DNA of 64,000 bases, taken from contig OX597814.1 of NCBI GenBank assembly GCA_951406725.2, positions 94,426,001 to 94,490,000 on the forward strand, given 5' to 3'. Origin of the DNA: Octopus vulgaris (lineage: Eukaryota). Made by a program: the position numbers and the translations under genes. Within the stretch, counting starts at the first letter, position 1; each line of letters opens with the position of its first letter. This document shows positions 38,831-52,955 of this stretch, in pieces. Under the pieces are notes generated by a model. The model saw only the letters and a program-made list of their open reading frames with translations, made no database searches and was not told the DNA's origin.

Positions 38831-40629
38831 GAACTTAAATTTTGTGTATATATATTCTTTTATTTTATTTCTTTTATTTGTTTCAGTCATTTGACTGTAG
38901 TCATGCTGGAGCACCACCTTAAGGGGTTTTAGTCGAGCAGGACTAATTCTTTGTAAGCTTAGTACTTATTCTATCGTTCTTCGTCTCTCCTCTCACTTTG
39001 TCGTATTACATTTCCAACAAGAAGTTTATTGTAAGTCATCGATTGAAGTAGTGTTGTGCACGAAGAAGCAAGGAAAGTTTTTTTTTTTTAATATCACAAA
39101 ATTTGCAGCGGCAAAAAAAAAGAGAATCTTAAGTCAATTTACTTCAGTTTTATTCGCAAGGCTTTCATTATCTGAATCGCAAATTATTAAATAAAATTCT
39201 ATTGCTGAATATGCTGTCAATTCGAGCCTGACATTTTCTTATTTCATAAGGATAATTTATTACTTTAGTTTTGCCTCTAAATATCTGAGAAATCACAATA
39301 TTTCAAAGGACAATCCCTATAATCAAAACAGCCCAAGAGAATGAGGTATCTAATATTAGTATCGTCACTTTACTATCTGATTTATACATGTTAATATTGT
39401 ATTGAACAGAGTTCACAATAAAATGTACGCTAGCAATGGCATTTCCCAGTGTGAAAATTCTCGTATTGTTGATGTGCTACATTTTAAATGTTATGTCTGT
39501 ACACTTGACGCCAACTATATCTCGTAAGGAGTTCGACCTGACCTTTCTCTGATCTAATCAGTCAGATGTATACATCAGTTTAATTTATCCTGACTTTTGC
39601 TTCAGTATGATGATTAATATCTGAAGACAGCAACATGCAATTCAATGTTATTAAGCAATCTTTAGCCGGGTTCTGCTGTTTTAAAAACTCATCTCTAGCT
39701 TAATGCAGCAAATAATTCAAGTAGTAAAGTTAACACTGTAAGATTATAAATCCAATATTCGTTGTCTAAAGACAGCCATAACTCAACTTAGAAAAAAGAT
39801 TTTGACTGTTTTTTAGATACTTATTTATTTGCTCTGTTTATTCTCTGTTAATGGATTTCTATAATTAATTCTTAATGAAACTTCAAGTGTCAGTGATTTG
39901 TTTCGGTTTCCTTCTGTTTAAAAGAGACCACTAATTATTTTATTATTTTCTTATATTTCATTCCAAATTCCATTCTCGTTTTATTGACCTGTCTGATTTC
40001 TTGTCTCACTTAATTAACTTACATGAAAGCTATTTGAAGTTAATAAATATGTTACATCGAATTAAATAAATGTTGACAGCAGTTAAATCAGAGAATCTAA
40101 ATACGTCTGCATCAGATTAAATCGAGTGGCTATAGTTTGTTCACTGTCAGTTCCTCAGTTCCGTCTTAACAATCTATTATGACTCAATCAATGTTAAGTA
40201 ATATATTTGACAAAAGAAAATCACATGATTCATAAGCATACCATTATAATGTGATGAACCAACGATATTATTTTTCTTTTCGGTTTTCGTCTATTGCATA
40301 ACTACACGGCACATTCCGCTACATACACGTCGAGTTTAATCACTTCCAAATGGCGTGCAAAACAGCATGATTGGGATTAGGGATAAAAGCATTACTTTAG
40401 CTTGAAACTTTAAAGAAATCTTTATTTCCCATAACATCACTGATGTAGTTGGATACGATAAAGCAAATACATTGTATTACTCTAATTGGGTGCGCTTTAA
40501 TCTCTCGGATTTAATAGCGGATTAAATACTAAAATATCACTACCATCACTGCTGATTCTACTACTACTACTACTACGACGACGACGACGACGACGACTAC
40601 TACTACTACTACTACTACCTCAGAATAAT

Positions 40630-41269
40630 TCGCCTTTTGGTAGAAGGCCAAAATTTTTCCTTGGTAGAGAAAAGAAGTAGTCGATTATATCGACCCGAGT
40701 GGCTTCCCCAAGAAGTCCCCGAAAAGATAAAAGGCGGAATTTGAATACCACACGTAAAGAGCAGGAAGAAATACCGTTAAGTATTTTGTCGAAGAGGCAA
40801 ATGCTTTAGTAACCTCACCACCTTGTCATAATAATTTAAGATTTTGGCACAAGGGCAGCAATTTAGGTTGAGGGGTTAAGTCGATGACATCGATCTTTAT
40901 GTCAACTGGTACTTATCGACTCCGAAGGATGAAAGACAATGTCGACCACGGCAAAATTTGAACTCAGAACGTAAAACTGGACGAAATGCCGCTAAGTATT
41001 TTGCTCGGCGTGCTAAGGATTCTGCCATCTCGCCGCCTTCGTCATAGTAATAATATTCTTTTCAAGTTTGGCAGAGAGCGAGCAGTTTTTCGAAACGAGG
41101 GGAAGTCGATGATTACATTGACGCCACTACTTCACAGATACTTACACCATCGACGCCAAAAGAATGTAAGGCAACGTCGAATTCGGTGGAATTTGAATTC
41201 AAAACGTAATGACGGATGAAATGTCGCTAGGCATTTTCCAGCGCTCTGACATTTGTGCCACTTCGCCTT
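40630..41269 (-). mobile_element. Three head-to-tail SINE family A copies
   Basis: Copies at ~40630-40824, 40838-41039 and 41055-41269, each with a gaatttgaa-type B-box complement. Confidence 0.82.
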
Positions 41270-41389
41270 ATAATAATAAAAATAACAATTATAATTATAA
41301 TTATAATTATATGTTACCCTAGTCATAACACCAGGTCTCTGAGAGAGACTTAGAGTAAACTTGAACAATACAAAGCAAAAGTCAAACAT

Positions 41390-41520
41390 AGAAGAAGAAG
41401 AAGAAGAAGAAGAAGAAGAAGAAGAAGAAGAAGAAGAAGAAGAAGAAGAAGAAGAAGAAGAAGAAGAAGAAGAAGAAGAAGAAGAAGAAGAAGAAGAAGG
41501 ATGATGATGATGATGATGAT
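41390..41520. repeat. (GAA)n(GAT)n microsatellite
   Basis: Directly visible. Confidence 0.95.
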
Positions 41521-42082
41521 CCTAAAGTCACAAGGCCTGAAATTTTAGGGGAGGGAGATAGTCGATTACATCGACTCCAGATATATATAATGAATTTCGT
41601 AGTGTGATATTAAACCACGTTTAATAAAATACGTGACTGAGTGTTCTTTGGAAAAACTCCCTTCGTGTTTCCCTTGAACAAAATAGAAATAAAATTAAAA
41701 CAGGACTTTGGACCAATAAAGAAGTCATTGAGATGTTAAATTCCTATTGTACATTAATAAATACTATAAAAATCAGTTGAATTGAAAATAAGCTGGCTAT
41801 GATAATGTGGGATACGCCTTTTCAGCTGGATAATAATATGAAGTGAACTGACTGAAAGTAGTATTTAACAACAGTAATGAAGAATCAATGCAATTTGATA
41901 GGGATTTTGATACATTCAAAAACGCATGATGTGAAAAACAATTTAAATCCATCAATGTACAAGGAACCTCTACAGGATGGGAAATATGAAAGTAAAAGTG
42001 GCACCTACATTAAAATCAGTGCGATGTACATAATAAGGAGCACAAGCAAAGACCTAAACACCAGATACCGTCCATAAGTTAC

Positions 42083-42222
42083 TTTTCGAAGTATATCCTG
42101 CATAGTATGCAAGGCACGTTCGTTTCATTAACACGAATATATGAAGCTGTATTTTTTTTTCTTGGAAACTCATGTACGCTGGGCACGTTTATTTCAAAAA
42201 CACAAATATATAAAGCTGTATA
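42083..42222 (-). CDS. Candidate exon 2 (YTALYICVFEINVPSVHEFPRKKNTASYIRVNETNVPCILCRIYFE)
   Basis: Weak acceptor ttttcaataag|, donor AA|GTAACT; phase 0 to 2 links exons 1 and 3. Contains a 69-bp internal duplication. Confidence 0.28.
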
Positions 42223-43307
42223 CTTATTGAAAACTCTTCTCCCAATAATATAATATGCCGCAAGAGAATAATTCAATAAATAAAACAAGCAGAACGCCTA
42301 CTCCATACGTATATCGTCTTATTTATAACGAAACTCATAAAATATTTTTCTGTACAATTGCTGACCAATGCTATAGCACAACCCACACACTACGTAATAA
42401 ATAACAACGAACGAAGCATTAAAATTACGCCAGAAAGTTTCTAAACAAAGCAAGTTATATATAACTCTCAAAATACCTAAATCCCCGCAGATAAAACAAA
42501 TATAAATGGATATGAGAGGAATAAAAAGGCATATAATAATATAGAGGAACGCATTTTATCCTACATACATATTTTATAACCGTTCTCTCCACGCAAAACG
42601 AAACTGTGACAATAGCATCATTTTGCGGGCATTCTCGTGTACAACATTCCTCGTATATAATATGAAGGTAAAATAATCCCGATATAAATGTCACGCGTAC
42701 GATCTGAATAGAATAGCTATTTTAAGATGCATTCTGAAAGCCAGCTACTCAACGATAACATAAAAAGTGAACAAAAGTAAAGAAAATAAAGATATTGAAG
42801 TCATAAACTTTAGTATATTTTTTTAGAGCTAAAACGTCCACAGCAAAGTATATCACAAAACACACACACAAAGAAAAAAGCAATCACAAACCCGGGAAAA
42901 AGTACAACGTACTAATCAATAAGTCTCGAAACAGCGCAACATTGAATAAAAAAGAATTTAAAATGACAAATTCTAAAGGCGAAAATCATAAATAATATTC
43001 TAAAGGCGGAAATAATTAAAGAATTAAAATCCATAGATGTCCTTATGGACCAATGAAAGTAACGCTTCAGGTATAAAAAACTCAACGATGAAATAGTAAC
43101 AACACTAAAAAGCGTAAATTTGGCTATTGTATACGTAATGAAAAAAACGGGAACTGAACAACAGTATCATGAATTCACACGAAATATTTGCAGCAACAAA
43201 GGATAACAGTTTTAATCATCTAGAAAAATAAATACACACACACACGCACAAACAAAAGTCAAGATAGGAAAAATAAAGAAACATTTTACTCTTCAATGGA
43301 AATAACG

Positions 43308-43514
43308 CTTTCTACTATAGGCACAAGGCCTGAAATTTGGGGGAAGGGTAAATCGATTATATCAACCCCAGTACTTAAGTGGTACTTAATTTATAGACCC
43401 CGAATAGATGAAAGGTAAAGTCGACCTCGGCGGAATTTGAACTCAGAATTCGACATCGGCGGAATTTGAACTCAGAATTTTGCCCGATGTGCTAATGTTC
43501 CTGCCGGCTCGCCG
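43308..43514 (-). mobile_element. SINE family A with 29-bp internal tandem duplication
   Basis: tcgacctcggcggaatttgaactcagaat at 43421-43449 repeated at 43450-43478 with one mismatch. Confidence 0.88.
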
Positions 43515-43521
43515 GGTGTTG

Positions 43522-45400
43522 TTAGGAGGCCTTACATTTGATTTTGCCTCTCTTCAAGACTAACACACCACAATTCCACAGTCCGAACTCCATTCTGATA
43601 TCAGCATTGAAAGTATATACCGTATCAACGAAGGAACTGATTTGGGTTTCATCTTTACCATAAAGTTTGAGGTCATCCATGAATAACAAATGGTTGACTT
43701 TTTGTTGGCGGCTTTTGAATACATACCCAGCTTTTGCTTTCCTCAGAATCAGTGTTAGTGGTATTAAGCACAGTACAAAGATCAGTGGAGCCATGCAGTC
43801 ACCTTGGAAGATGCTCCTCCTAATTTCTACTGTCCCTAAACTTCCGTATGCTGTCAGGTCCGTCCTCCAATTCGCCATACTTTTTCCAAGCAATCGCTGA
43901 ATATTCGATGCAATATCAAATAGATTCATACACCCCATAATCCAACAATGTGAGATCATATCGTACGCCTTACCATAGTCGATACATGACATGGCTATGT
44001 TGCTTTTCCTCCTCTTGCAATCTCTAAGTACAGTTTTGTCTATCAGGAGTTGGTCCTTGGTACCTCTGGACTTACGTTTGCAACACTTCTGCTCATGTGG
44101 CAGGACTCCATTTTTTCTAGATGTTCGTACGTTGAGTCTGCGAGTATTCCAGTCAATAACTTCCACATAAGATATCGGCCTGTGATTATCTACCGTATTA
44201 CCTTTTTCGATGTTTTTCAGGCACAGCACTGTCCTACCCAATGTCAACCACTCTGGTGTTACTTGGTCGGCATTTAACAAGGTGCTGAGTTGCGCAGCTA
44301 TTCGTGCATGACATTCACCAAATCTTTTGATCCAGTAGCCCAGAACTCCATCTGGTCCCGGGGCCTTCAAGTTGCTCATTCTTTTGCTGATTTCCTTCAC
44401 TTCCCAAACTGAAATGACTACTGCTTGTTTCAGTTCTTGCAACCATTCAGCATCCTTCTTGTGCTCCTTGTCTTTGCTCCAGATGTTACTCCAAAACCTT
44501 TGACATTCTTTGTTATTTGGTATCAACTTTTCATCTGAATACTCTCCATTTATTTCCTTATAGAATCTCTTCTGATCTACTCTGAATAACCTATTCTTGT
44601 GGTAACCCTTCATTCTTTGGTTGTATCGTACTATCTTTGCTTTCTTTGCAACGAGACACTCTTTCAGTTCCTTCATTACCACTTTCAGGCCCCTTCTTTT
44701 AATATTATACTTACTTTTAAGCTCCCCTTTCTATTTTTGGTCTAACACAGAAATTTCTATCGTGAGCATGTCAAACCCTGCCTAGATTCTTCTTTTCCAT
44801 CGTAAGGTTGCATAAAATGTCGCTACCCTTCTCCTTTAGTTTTGACTTTATTCTGTCGTATATTGCCTTTTGATCTTCTGTCATGTCACCATTAAATTTA
44901 TTGTCTTCTTTGAGATCATCTATATGTTACTCATCAAGTAAACTACCACTGCTCCTTTCCTGCGTTATGAGATTAATCTTATTATTAAGAACTGTATTTT
45001 CATCGTTATCTCTGCTGCTATTTTCCAAGACCCGTCTCTTGATCGCTTCGAGCTCTACTGTGAACCAACAATTTTTCTTATTACTCTAGCTTGATCACAT
45101 AGTCTCTGTTTCGTGAGTTGAAATAATCCCTTCCCTCTCCAATGATCACATATACGTTGTCAGTAACCCATAATTTGAGCACCATTTTCATCTACCTTGA
45201 TGCTCAGGTAGTAACACTCCATGACCACAGCATTAATTTGCTTACTCCATCTACGGTGTGTGTGATGGTCCCTTTCTGGATATCGACAGGCCTGAACCGG
45301 ACCAGAATATCTGCGCCTACCGGGTGTAACAGTGTCAGCATAATTCGCTTCAGTTTCATTACCACCGTTATTCACAATATTTTGTTTTTTCATTGTCACT
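43522..45400 (-). mobile_element. R4/Dong-clade non-LTR retrotransposon, N-terminus plus RT, 3' part missing
   Basis: N-terminal WSKQINAVVMECYY...QRLCDQARVIRKN, KAPGPDG, GTKDQLLIDK, IDYGKAYD, IFQGDCMAPLIF, NHLLFMDDLKLY, MEFG; disrupted frame upstream. Confidence 0.9.
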
Positions 45401-46015
45401 CATATGAGGTAGCGATTATATGGTTGCGCAATTACCAGCGTTTTTATTGTGACACCAACTCTAGATGTATCATTAATCAGTTCATGGAGTGGCTCTACCC
45501 GTTTCCTTTCATCATTATTATCATCACTGATATCACTGATATTATTGCTTTTATGTGTAGCAGCCGAGGTGGTTGCAGCAGCAGAAAAGGTATCAGGGTT
45601 TGGGGTAGTGGTAAGGGTGGTATTTGGGCCTCAGATTCCTGTGCTACCATAATAGTAGTAGTCGTAGTATTAGTAGTATTTAATATTAGCAGCTGCAGGA
45701 TATTATTATTTTTATTTTTATCATTATCACCATCACCGCCACTAACATTGGTGTTATCATTATTAATATTTCCATTTCTTATTAAATGATTTTACTAAAT
45801 GTTCTTTATTTTCAACTTTTATCTTGTGCTTGAGATAATCATAAATATGTGGTTGTTGAAGAAAATAGTTGGGTAGCAGTTTGGTGAATAGATCATATTC
45901 TACAGGTCTATAAATAGATTCGGCAGATGATGGGGAGATCAGCCATAGTGACAAAAGAATCTTCGCACCCTTTGGGACAGTAGAGGTGAAATGTGTTTAC
46001 TACTACTAGTGACCA

Positions 46016-47013
46016 CTGAGAGCGCTGCCTTGAACTGTCGACGTCTCCAGTGCGAGCAGTGGCGTGCCTCAAGGTTCAGTTCTTGGGCCCTTATTGTTCT
46101 TAGTCTTCATAAATGACTTGTCCGACGACCTCACGCAACACACCCTTCTATTTGCCGACGATGTCAAACTGGTCGCTCCTCGTGGTGATATAGAGGATCT
46201 TCGTCGATGCCTCCACCAAGTTTGGAGATGGTCTAACGAATGGGACTTGTGTCTGAACGTGTCAAAGTGCTGTCATCTGCCTGTTGGCTCTTCTCCTGCA
46301 ACTCAACTTGATTTCGAGCCGGGTCGTCTGCTGCTGGAGAGGACCGACCAGGTAAAGGACCTGAGTATCTTGGTGGATTCTTCCTTTTCGCCTTCGGCCC
46401 AGTGCGTCCATGCTGCCAACAAAGCACGCGGAGTTCTGTTTTTGATTCGATGGTCATTCGGAATGCTCACAGCAGCCATATTCCTACCGCTCTATGTCAC
46501 GCTGGTGAGACCCATACGGGATTCAAGCCTCTTGTCCTTATCTCCTCAAAGACTTACATCATCTCGAAAGAGTCCAGAAGCTGGCCACCCGCATGGTTCT
46601 TGATTCTGAAGACGCTCGACCTTTATTCTCTAGAAAAACGACGACGCCGTGGTGATCTCATTCTTGCTCACAACATCATAAGCGGAAAGTGTAACCTCTC
46701 GAAAGAGCTGTTCTTCACTCCTGCTCCAGAGCGTCGGCTGCGGGGTCACTCCGAAAAGCTCTATCTGCGACGATTTCAGCTCAATCGAAGGAGAGGGGCT
46801 TTCTCCGTCCGGGTTGCGGATCCGTGGAATAAGCTGCCAGACGAGATAGTGAAGATGCCACGACCGCTCGGTTCAAAGTCTCCCTTGACCACAAATGGCC
46901 TGAACTCTTTACATGAACACCACCCTGTACATAACTCCATGTCCCCCTACATGACCTTGCTTTTTGCTTTTTGAGCCAAAAAATTAACTAACTAACTAAC
47001 TAACTAACTAACT
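46016..47013 (+). mobile_element. 5'-truncated CR1-clade LINE with (TAAC)n tail
   Basis: GVPQGSVLGPLLFLVFINDL, FADDVKL, YVTLVRP, LEKRRRRGDLI, RLRGH, FSVRVADPWNKLP; tail (taac)~7 at 46985-47012; internal deletions and frameshifts. Confidence 0.93.
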
Positions 47014-47393
47014 TCTCGAATCCCGAAGGGCGAAAGTCTAAGTCGATCGCGACGGCATTCAAACTCAGAACATCAAGTCGCAAGAAATGCCGCTAATCAT
47101 TCTTTCCGGCGTAGTAACGATTCTGACATCATACTGCCTTAATGAGGATCTGTCCTATCGACTTCGACGTATGAGTGTTTCGCCAACGTTTTAGCCATTC
47201 TGCCAGGTCACCACTGTAACAGCAACAACAGCCACAGACACAAAAATAATTCTTTCTGATTTGGGCTCTAGAACTGGGCCAACAATTCTAAGTGAGAAGC
47301 TATGTCGGCCCCACTACTTGACTTGTCCCTTATTTTATCGAGCAGCAAAGTTAATTTCGTGTGAATTGAACTCAGAACTTAAAGAACTGGAGT

Positions 47394-47790
47394 TCTTTTT
47401 TTACTTATGTGTTTCAGTCATTAGATTACGGCCATGCTGGGGCATTTATTCACTTATTCTATCGAATTCTTTTCCCAAACGGCTGAGTTACAGGGACGTA
47501 AACACACCCACACCAGCACCCGTTGCCAAGCGGTGGGGGTACAACACAACACACACACATACATATATATATATGTATATATGTATTATGTATGTAGGCA
47601 TATGTACATATATATATATATATATACATACGACAGGTCTTTTTAGTTCCCGCCTACCAAATCCACTCACAGGGCATTGGTCAGCCAAAGACTATAGCAG
47701 AAGACAATTGCCCAAGGAGCCGCGTAGTGGGACTGAACCTAGAACCACGGGTTTTGGGAAGCAAGCTTCTTACCACTATGCCACGTCTGT
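47394..47790 (-). mobile_element. SINE family D with internal microsatellite
   Basis: Reverse-complement homolog of 29716-30143. Confidence 0.82.
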
Positions 47791-48044
47791 GATACAGACA
47801 ATGTTATCGAGTTTTCTTTCGAGCAATTTGGTCATCCTCCTTATCGTATAACTTCTAATCATTTACCAAAAAGGACGATGACATTGATGACGAGGCTGAT
47901 GTTGGTGTTTGTGGTGGACACGATAAGGAGGAGGAGGAGGAGAAAGAGTAGGAGGGGAAGAGGAGGAAGAGTAGGAGGAGGAAGAAGAGGATTATGTTGC
48001 ATGCAAGCTGAGTCAGATATACGCATCGATCAATTAGTATTCAC

Positions 48045-48239
48045 CTGAGCTTCGTTTTCTGTAAATATGTCAATACCAGAAATTTGGTTGTTGTTGTGAA
48101 ATTGCTGCTGCGACTGATGTTGCTGCTGCAGCTGCTGCCCTTCTTCTTGATAATGATTTTCGTCACCCTTCTTGATCCGCAACTCCAGATTAACCAAATC
48201 AAGCAGACAAATGTTCACAAGTAATCCAGCGGTGATCAT
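48045..48239 (-). CDS. Candidate first coding exon (MITAGLLVNICLL...Q-rich...ISGIDIFTENEAQ)
   Basis: ATG at 48239, hydrophobic N-terminus, Q/H/N tract built from mixed CAG/CAA codons, donor CAG|GTGAAT at phase 0. Confidence 0.5.
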
Positions 48240-48457
48240 CTGTCCTTTGCAACGTTATGACGAAAGCCTATATGATTTCGTGGATTCTTACTACTTTTAC
48301 GACAGGATATACTGTAAAGAGATTGTGGTTGCTGTTACTCTGAGGTCGATAATCTGACCACATAGTGGTTATTTCATTGCTATTATTGGTGAATTTCTTA
48401 ATCTATTGAATATCTGAATATCGACCAGAATAAGCACATATTCGTAACATATATAAA

Positions 48458-48524
<67 letters not shown>

Positions 48525-48683
48525 TATATACACATATATTTACATAAACACAAACACACACACATATATATATATGCATATATACATATAGTTAAACATA
48601 TATAAGTATATACATATATACATGCAGATCTACGTATGTGCATACATATGTATGTGTAACTATATGTATATATGCATATATAC

Positions 48684-48739
<56 letters not shown>

Positions 48740-48743
48740 ATGC

Positions 48744-48801
<58 letters not shown>

Positions 48802-49494
48802 AATACTCAGACAGATAAATATTGATTTACGTAACACTATTTTCTGATCGTCAACATCCTATTTACATAGATATTACCTGCATATTTAATGAACGACATA
48901 TATTCGTGTCTGACAAATTACTTTATAAGATGGGAATGCTATTACTTGCATATTTCCATAGGTCTATGTGTTGTATTTGCGCATATATATGAGTTTGTGT
49001 GTATGTGTGAGAGTGCGTGCGTTTATGCGTGTATGCGTGTGTGTGTGAGTATGTTTGTAGGTCTGTATGTATGTATACTAGATTATTGAAGCCGAAAAAT
49101 CTTCAGAAACTGTTAAGAATTTCACGTAACCGTTCACCACACAGTAGTGATAATATAATACAGACTAGTAAACAATTCTTTTACAAAATGTAATTATATG
49201 GGCTTATGGTTATCATTTCAAGCTGATTGGGTAACAAACTTTAAGATAAAGTACTCATCTTTAAGATAAGTACATATTTGTACTCATCTTGTTTGTTGTT
49301 TGTTAAGGACAAATATCTGTTGAATGTAAATAATGTACATAATTCCTCATTTCTTAAATATAGAACTGTAAAGTCAATTTTGACAGAATTTGAGCTCAGA
49401 TCATAAAGACAGACAAAGTAGCATGCTAATAGTTCTGCTAGCTTTCCACCTTATTAATAAAGGTTTCGAATTTACTCTGCCTTGTTAACAATAA

Positions 49495-49711
49495 TATTGG
49501 TTTCAAATTTTGGAACGAAGCCAGCAATTTCTGGGTAGGGTTAAGTCGATTACATTAACCCCAGTGCTTAACTGGTACTTATTTTATTGACCCTGAAAGG
49601 ATGAAAGGCAAAGTCAACCTCTGTGGAAGTTGAACTCAGAACGTTAAGATGGATGAAATGTCACTAAGCACTTTGCCCAGTTTACTAAAGGTTCTACCAG
49701 CTTGCCACCTT
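49495..49711 (-). mobile_element. SINE family A
   Basis: Family body ccctgaaaggatgaaaggcaaagtc...ttgaactcagaacg. Confidence 0.85.
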
Positions 49712-49714
49712 GCG

Positions 49715-50250
49715 TATGGCTGATATCAGTGTTATGTAACTGGCATGTGTGCTGGTGGCATATAAAAAGCACCCTTTGAACATTGGGCGATATGTCGTGC
49801 TTTAGATGTATCATCAATCCAAGTGAAATTATAGCTATGCTGACTTCAATCATTCAAATCAGTTATTTAGATTTCTTAATGTGATTATTATTACAACAGT
49901 GTTTGCCTGCTCAGACAAAAAAAAAAAATGGAAAGTGGTTCAGAGCAATTGAAGAAAATGTGACCATCGTGTTGTGTAACTGGCACTTGTGCTGGCAGCA
50001 CATAAAAAGCACCATTTGAACTTTTGGCATCACGGAGGCAGTGACTAGTGACCAAGGCCTTTGGCAATACACCATGCTTCAGAAAACTTGTCAAGCCAAG
50101 TGAGATTGCAGTCATGGCTGATACTGGTGTTTCATAATTGGCCATGCTGGTGGCATGTAAAAAGCACCCACTATGTTCTTGGAGTGGTTGGCATTAGGAA
50201 GGGCATTCAACTGAAGAAAGCATGCCAAATCAGATTGAAACCTGGTGCAA
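49715..50250 (+). mobile_element. Interspersed repeat with tandem subunits, probably an RTE-related SINE/LINE segment
   Basis: Three copies of gctggYrgcaYrtaaaaagcacc followed by ggttggcattaggaagggcattcaactg. Confidence 0.55.
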
Positions 50251-50504
50251 AGGAAAAAGTATATAATCAATGGTTGAAACGTAAATTTGTTATTTAAAAT
50301 GTAATTGTCCTATCAGCTTTAAAGTCTATTCAATGCACAGGTAAAACATAAACATTTTTTACTAATCTATTTATCACAATTGTCTGATAAACGTTTACGT
50401 GAAACTTAGTTTGTGAAGTTTTATTCAGGTTCAATAAAATAGTACCTTTTTCTACAAATATGTGCTTATACATATATGCATACATACATACATACATACA
50501 TACA

Positions 50505-50540
<36 letters not shown>

Positions 50541-50789
50541 CATATGTGTGTGTGTGGTATAATGAATAAGTATCCGGACTCTCGCCATAGTAACGAAGCT
50601 AAAGCACGCAGAGGGAAGCCACTTGGTACCGATTGACCTAGAACTCTGCTGTGCATGCGAACAAAGTTTTACCGTTCTATCTTACTTCCGTTGTTTACAG
50701 CATTGCTTGGAATGAAGGTGTGTAGCGTGGAAAGATGCATCATTACGCATGTCAAGCCCAGGTCGTGCATTGGTTTTCATTCAAGGATT

Positions 50790-51770
50790 GCAAACCTTCC
50801 TGGTCTAGTGTATCCTGTCTGTATTTCATTCAACTTTGTGCACTGTTAAGGCAGAGCTTGACATTTTCCAACATTAAACTGCATGTTTTTGTCCTCAGCC
50901 CACCTGTATGTCGTGCCCAACTCCCGTTGCGGGTGCACAATATCTCCAATTTTTTGTATCCTCTCAGAGATTTTTGCCTCCTCTGCATAACTAGAAAGGG
51001 TGGCTGTTTGAGCAGCTGAGAGCATGTCTGAAAGGGTCACTATGAATATCAATGGCCCCTAAGACAGCGTCTTCTGGGACTCCACTCACTGTTTGGGTTT
51101 CCTTAGAGGTGGCTCTGTTGTCCTCCACTGCCTGACTTCTATCTTTGAAAATGTCGTGGGCCTACCCGCCAAGTTTTCTGATCATGCTGGTTTTATGCAG
51201 CTTGTGACATAACATACAATAGTCGACTTTATCAAAGGCTATTGCAAAGTCGACATATATAATTGGAGTTGTTGAACAACTTCTTTAACACCCAGTCATA
51301 GTACTGTAAGAACCGTGTCAGGCAGCTTATACTTGGTAGAAAACCATGCTAGGTGTCAGTCAGCAAATCATTGTCTTCACGGAACGCAATTATTTTCCCA
51401 CGGACTATTTCTTCTATGACTTTGCTGGTGTGTGGAGTTAGAGTGATAGGCCTACAATTTATAGCATGTACTCTACCTCTTCCTTCACGGAGAGAGCATA
51501 TTATTCTCCCTCCTTCAATTTGCTTAAGAGCTTACCAGTTGCAAGAAAGCTCTAAAAGAAAAACTGCAGTGATTTTGCAAGGGCTTGTTTTCATGATTTG
51601 AGAAGGATTGCCGGGAATCCATTGATATGAGCTACTTCTACTTCATCTAAGGCCAGTATTACGTCGCCTTTCATGTCGATGCAATCAATTATTACCTCCT
51701 CCTTGGTTATCGGTGTAGTGGCAAAGAACACTTATCTGTGTCCTAATGGCTTAATGAAAATACTGCATTG
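50790..51770 (-). mobile_element. Decayed CR1/L2-group LINE RT fragment
   Basis: Minus-strand remnants RPITLT, HGFLP..SCLT, DFAIAFDKVD, SGVP, IFIVTLSDM, YRWAEDKNMQFNVGKCQAL. Confidence 0.8.
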
Positions 51771-52309
51771 TTATATGAATATATTCATGTATATGTATAT
51801 ATGTGTGCATTCATGTTATATTTGTATGTATTAGTGGTTTATTGGTAATATTTGTATATATGATTCCTTTTTTACTTTTCTTCTCTAAGTATTTAACGTT
51901 GTATTATATTTCTTGGAATTGTAACCGGGTACGAATGTCCTTGATAATAAGTCAGCTTTCTTAATCTCAGGAAAAAAATATATATATACGATCCTCTTTT
52001 ACTTTGAAGAAACAAATATACTTCCATATTTCCAAAGACAACACATAAGACATTCAAGAGAAAATAGTTCCATCAAGCTATTTAAGAATTATTCGTCTTC
52101 GAACGAGAGGAAGCATTTATGCCTAATATTTTTGGCGTATATATTTTTCAAATCGTTGTACACAAAGATATATGAGACTCAAATGATTCTCAAGACCAAG
52201 TATCAGTTAGCTCAGAATCTTTATCCATATTGCATTATAAATATAAATTTATTACTTATGCGTTCATATTGAGTGGTATATATTTTTTTACATTTTTTAT
52301 GAAAAATAG

Positions 52310-52383
<74 letters not shown>

Positions 52384-52856
52384 TGTGTGTGAGTGTCTGT
52401 CTGTCTGTCTGTATGCCTGTTTCTTTTTATGCTTAGATATAATAAAGGCAATTTTATGTTAATCTGACAGGTTACACAATATCTTTGCAGAATAAAACTT
52501 TATTGTTCTTATACAAAAATATTGCTGAAAGTGACTTCGAAGAAGCCATTGTCGATAATACTATTGCATAACAATATATATAAATATATATAAACATACA
52601 CACACATCAAGCAAGAATCAAAAGTCATTAACGAGCACTAGACTTATAACGACGGTTTGTGGGTTCTTGTGACGTAATACATTTTATCTTTTGTTTGTTA
52701 TCGTCATTAGACTGCCGCCATGCAAAGGTGGTGTGTTAAAGAATTTTAGTCATTGAATTGACCCAAGTACATTACGAGGAGGTAAACATACTGATACCAC
52801 TTTTCAAGCTGTGTCCAGGAGCAAACACGCATACAAAGACACACAGATATGCATAT

Positions 52857-52910
<54 letters not shown>

Positions 52911-52917
52911 GTACATG

Positions 52918-52955
<38 letters not shown>

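Noticed and set aside
45142-45789. 215-aa plus-strand ORF
   Set aside because: Antisense shadow of the Dong 5' region and low-complexity triplet repeats.
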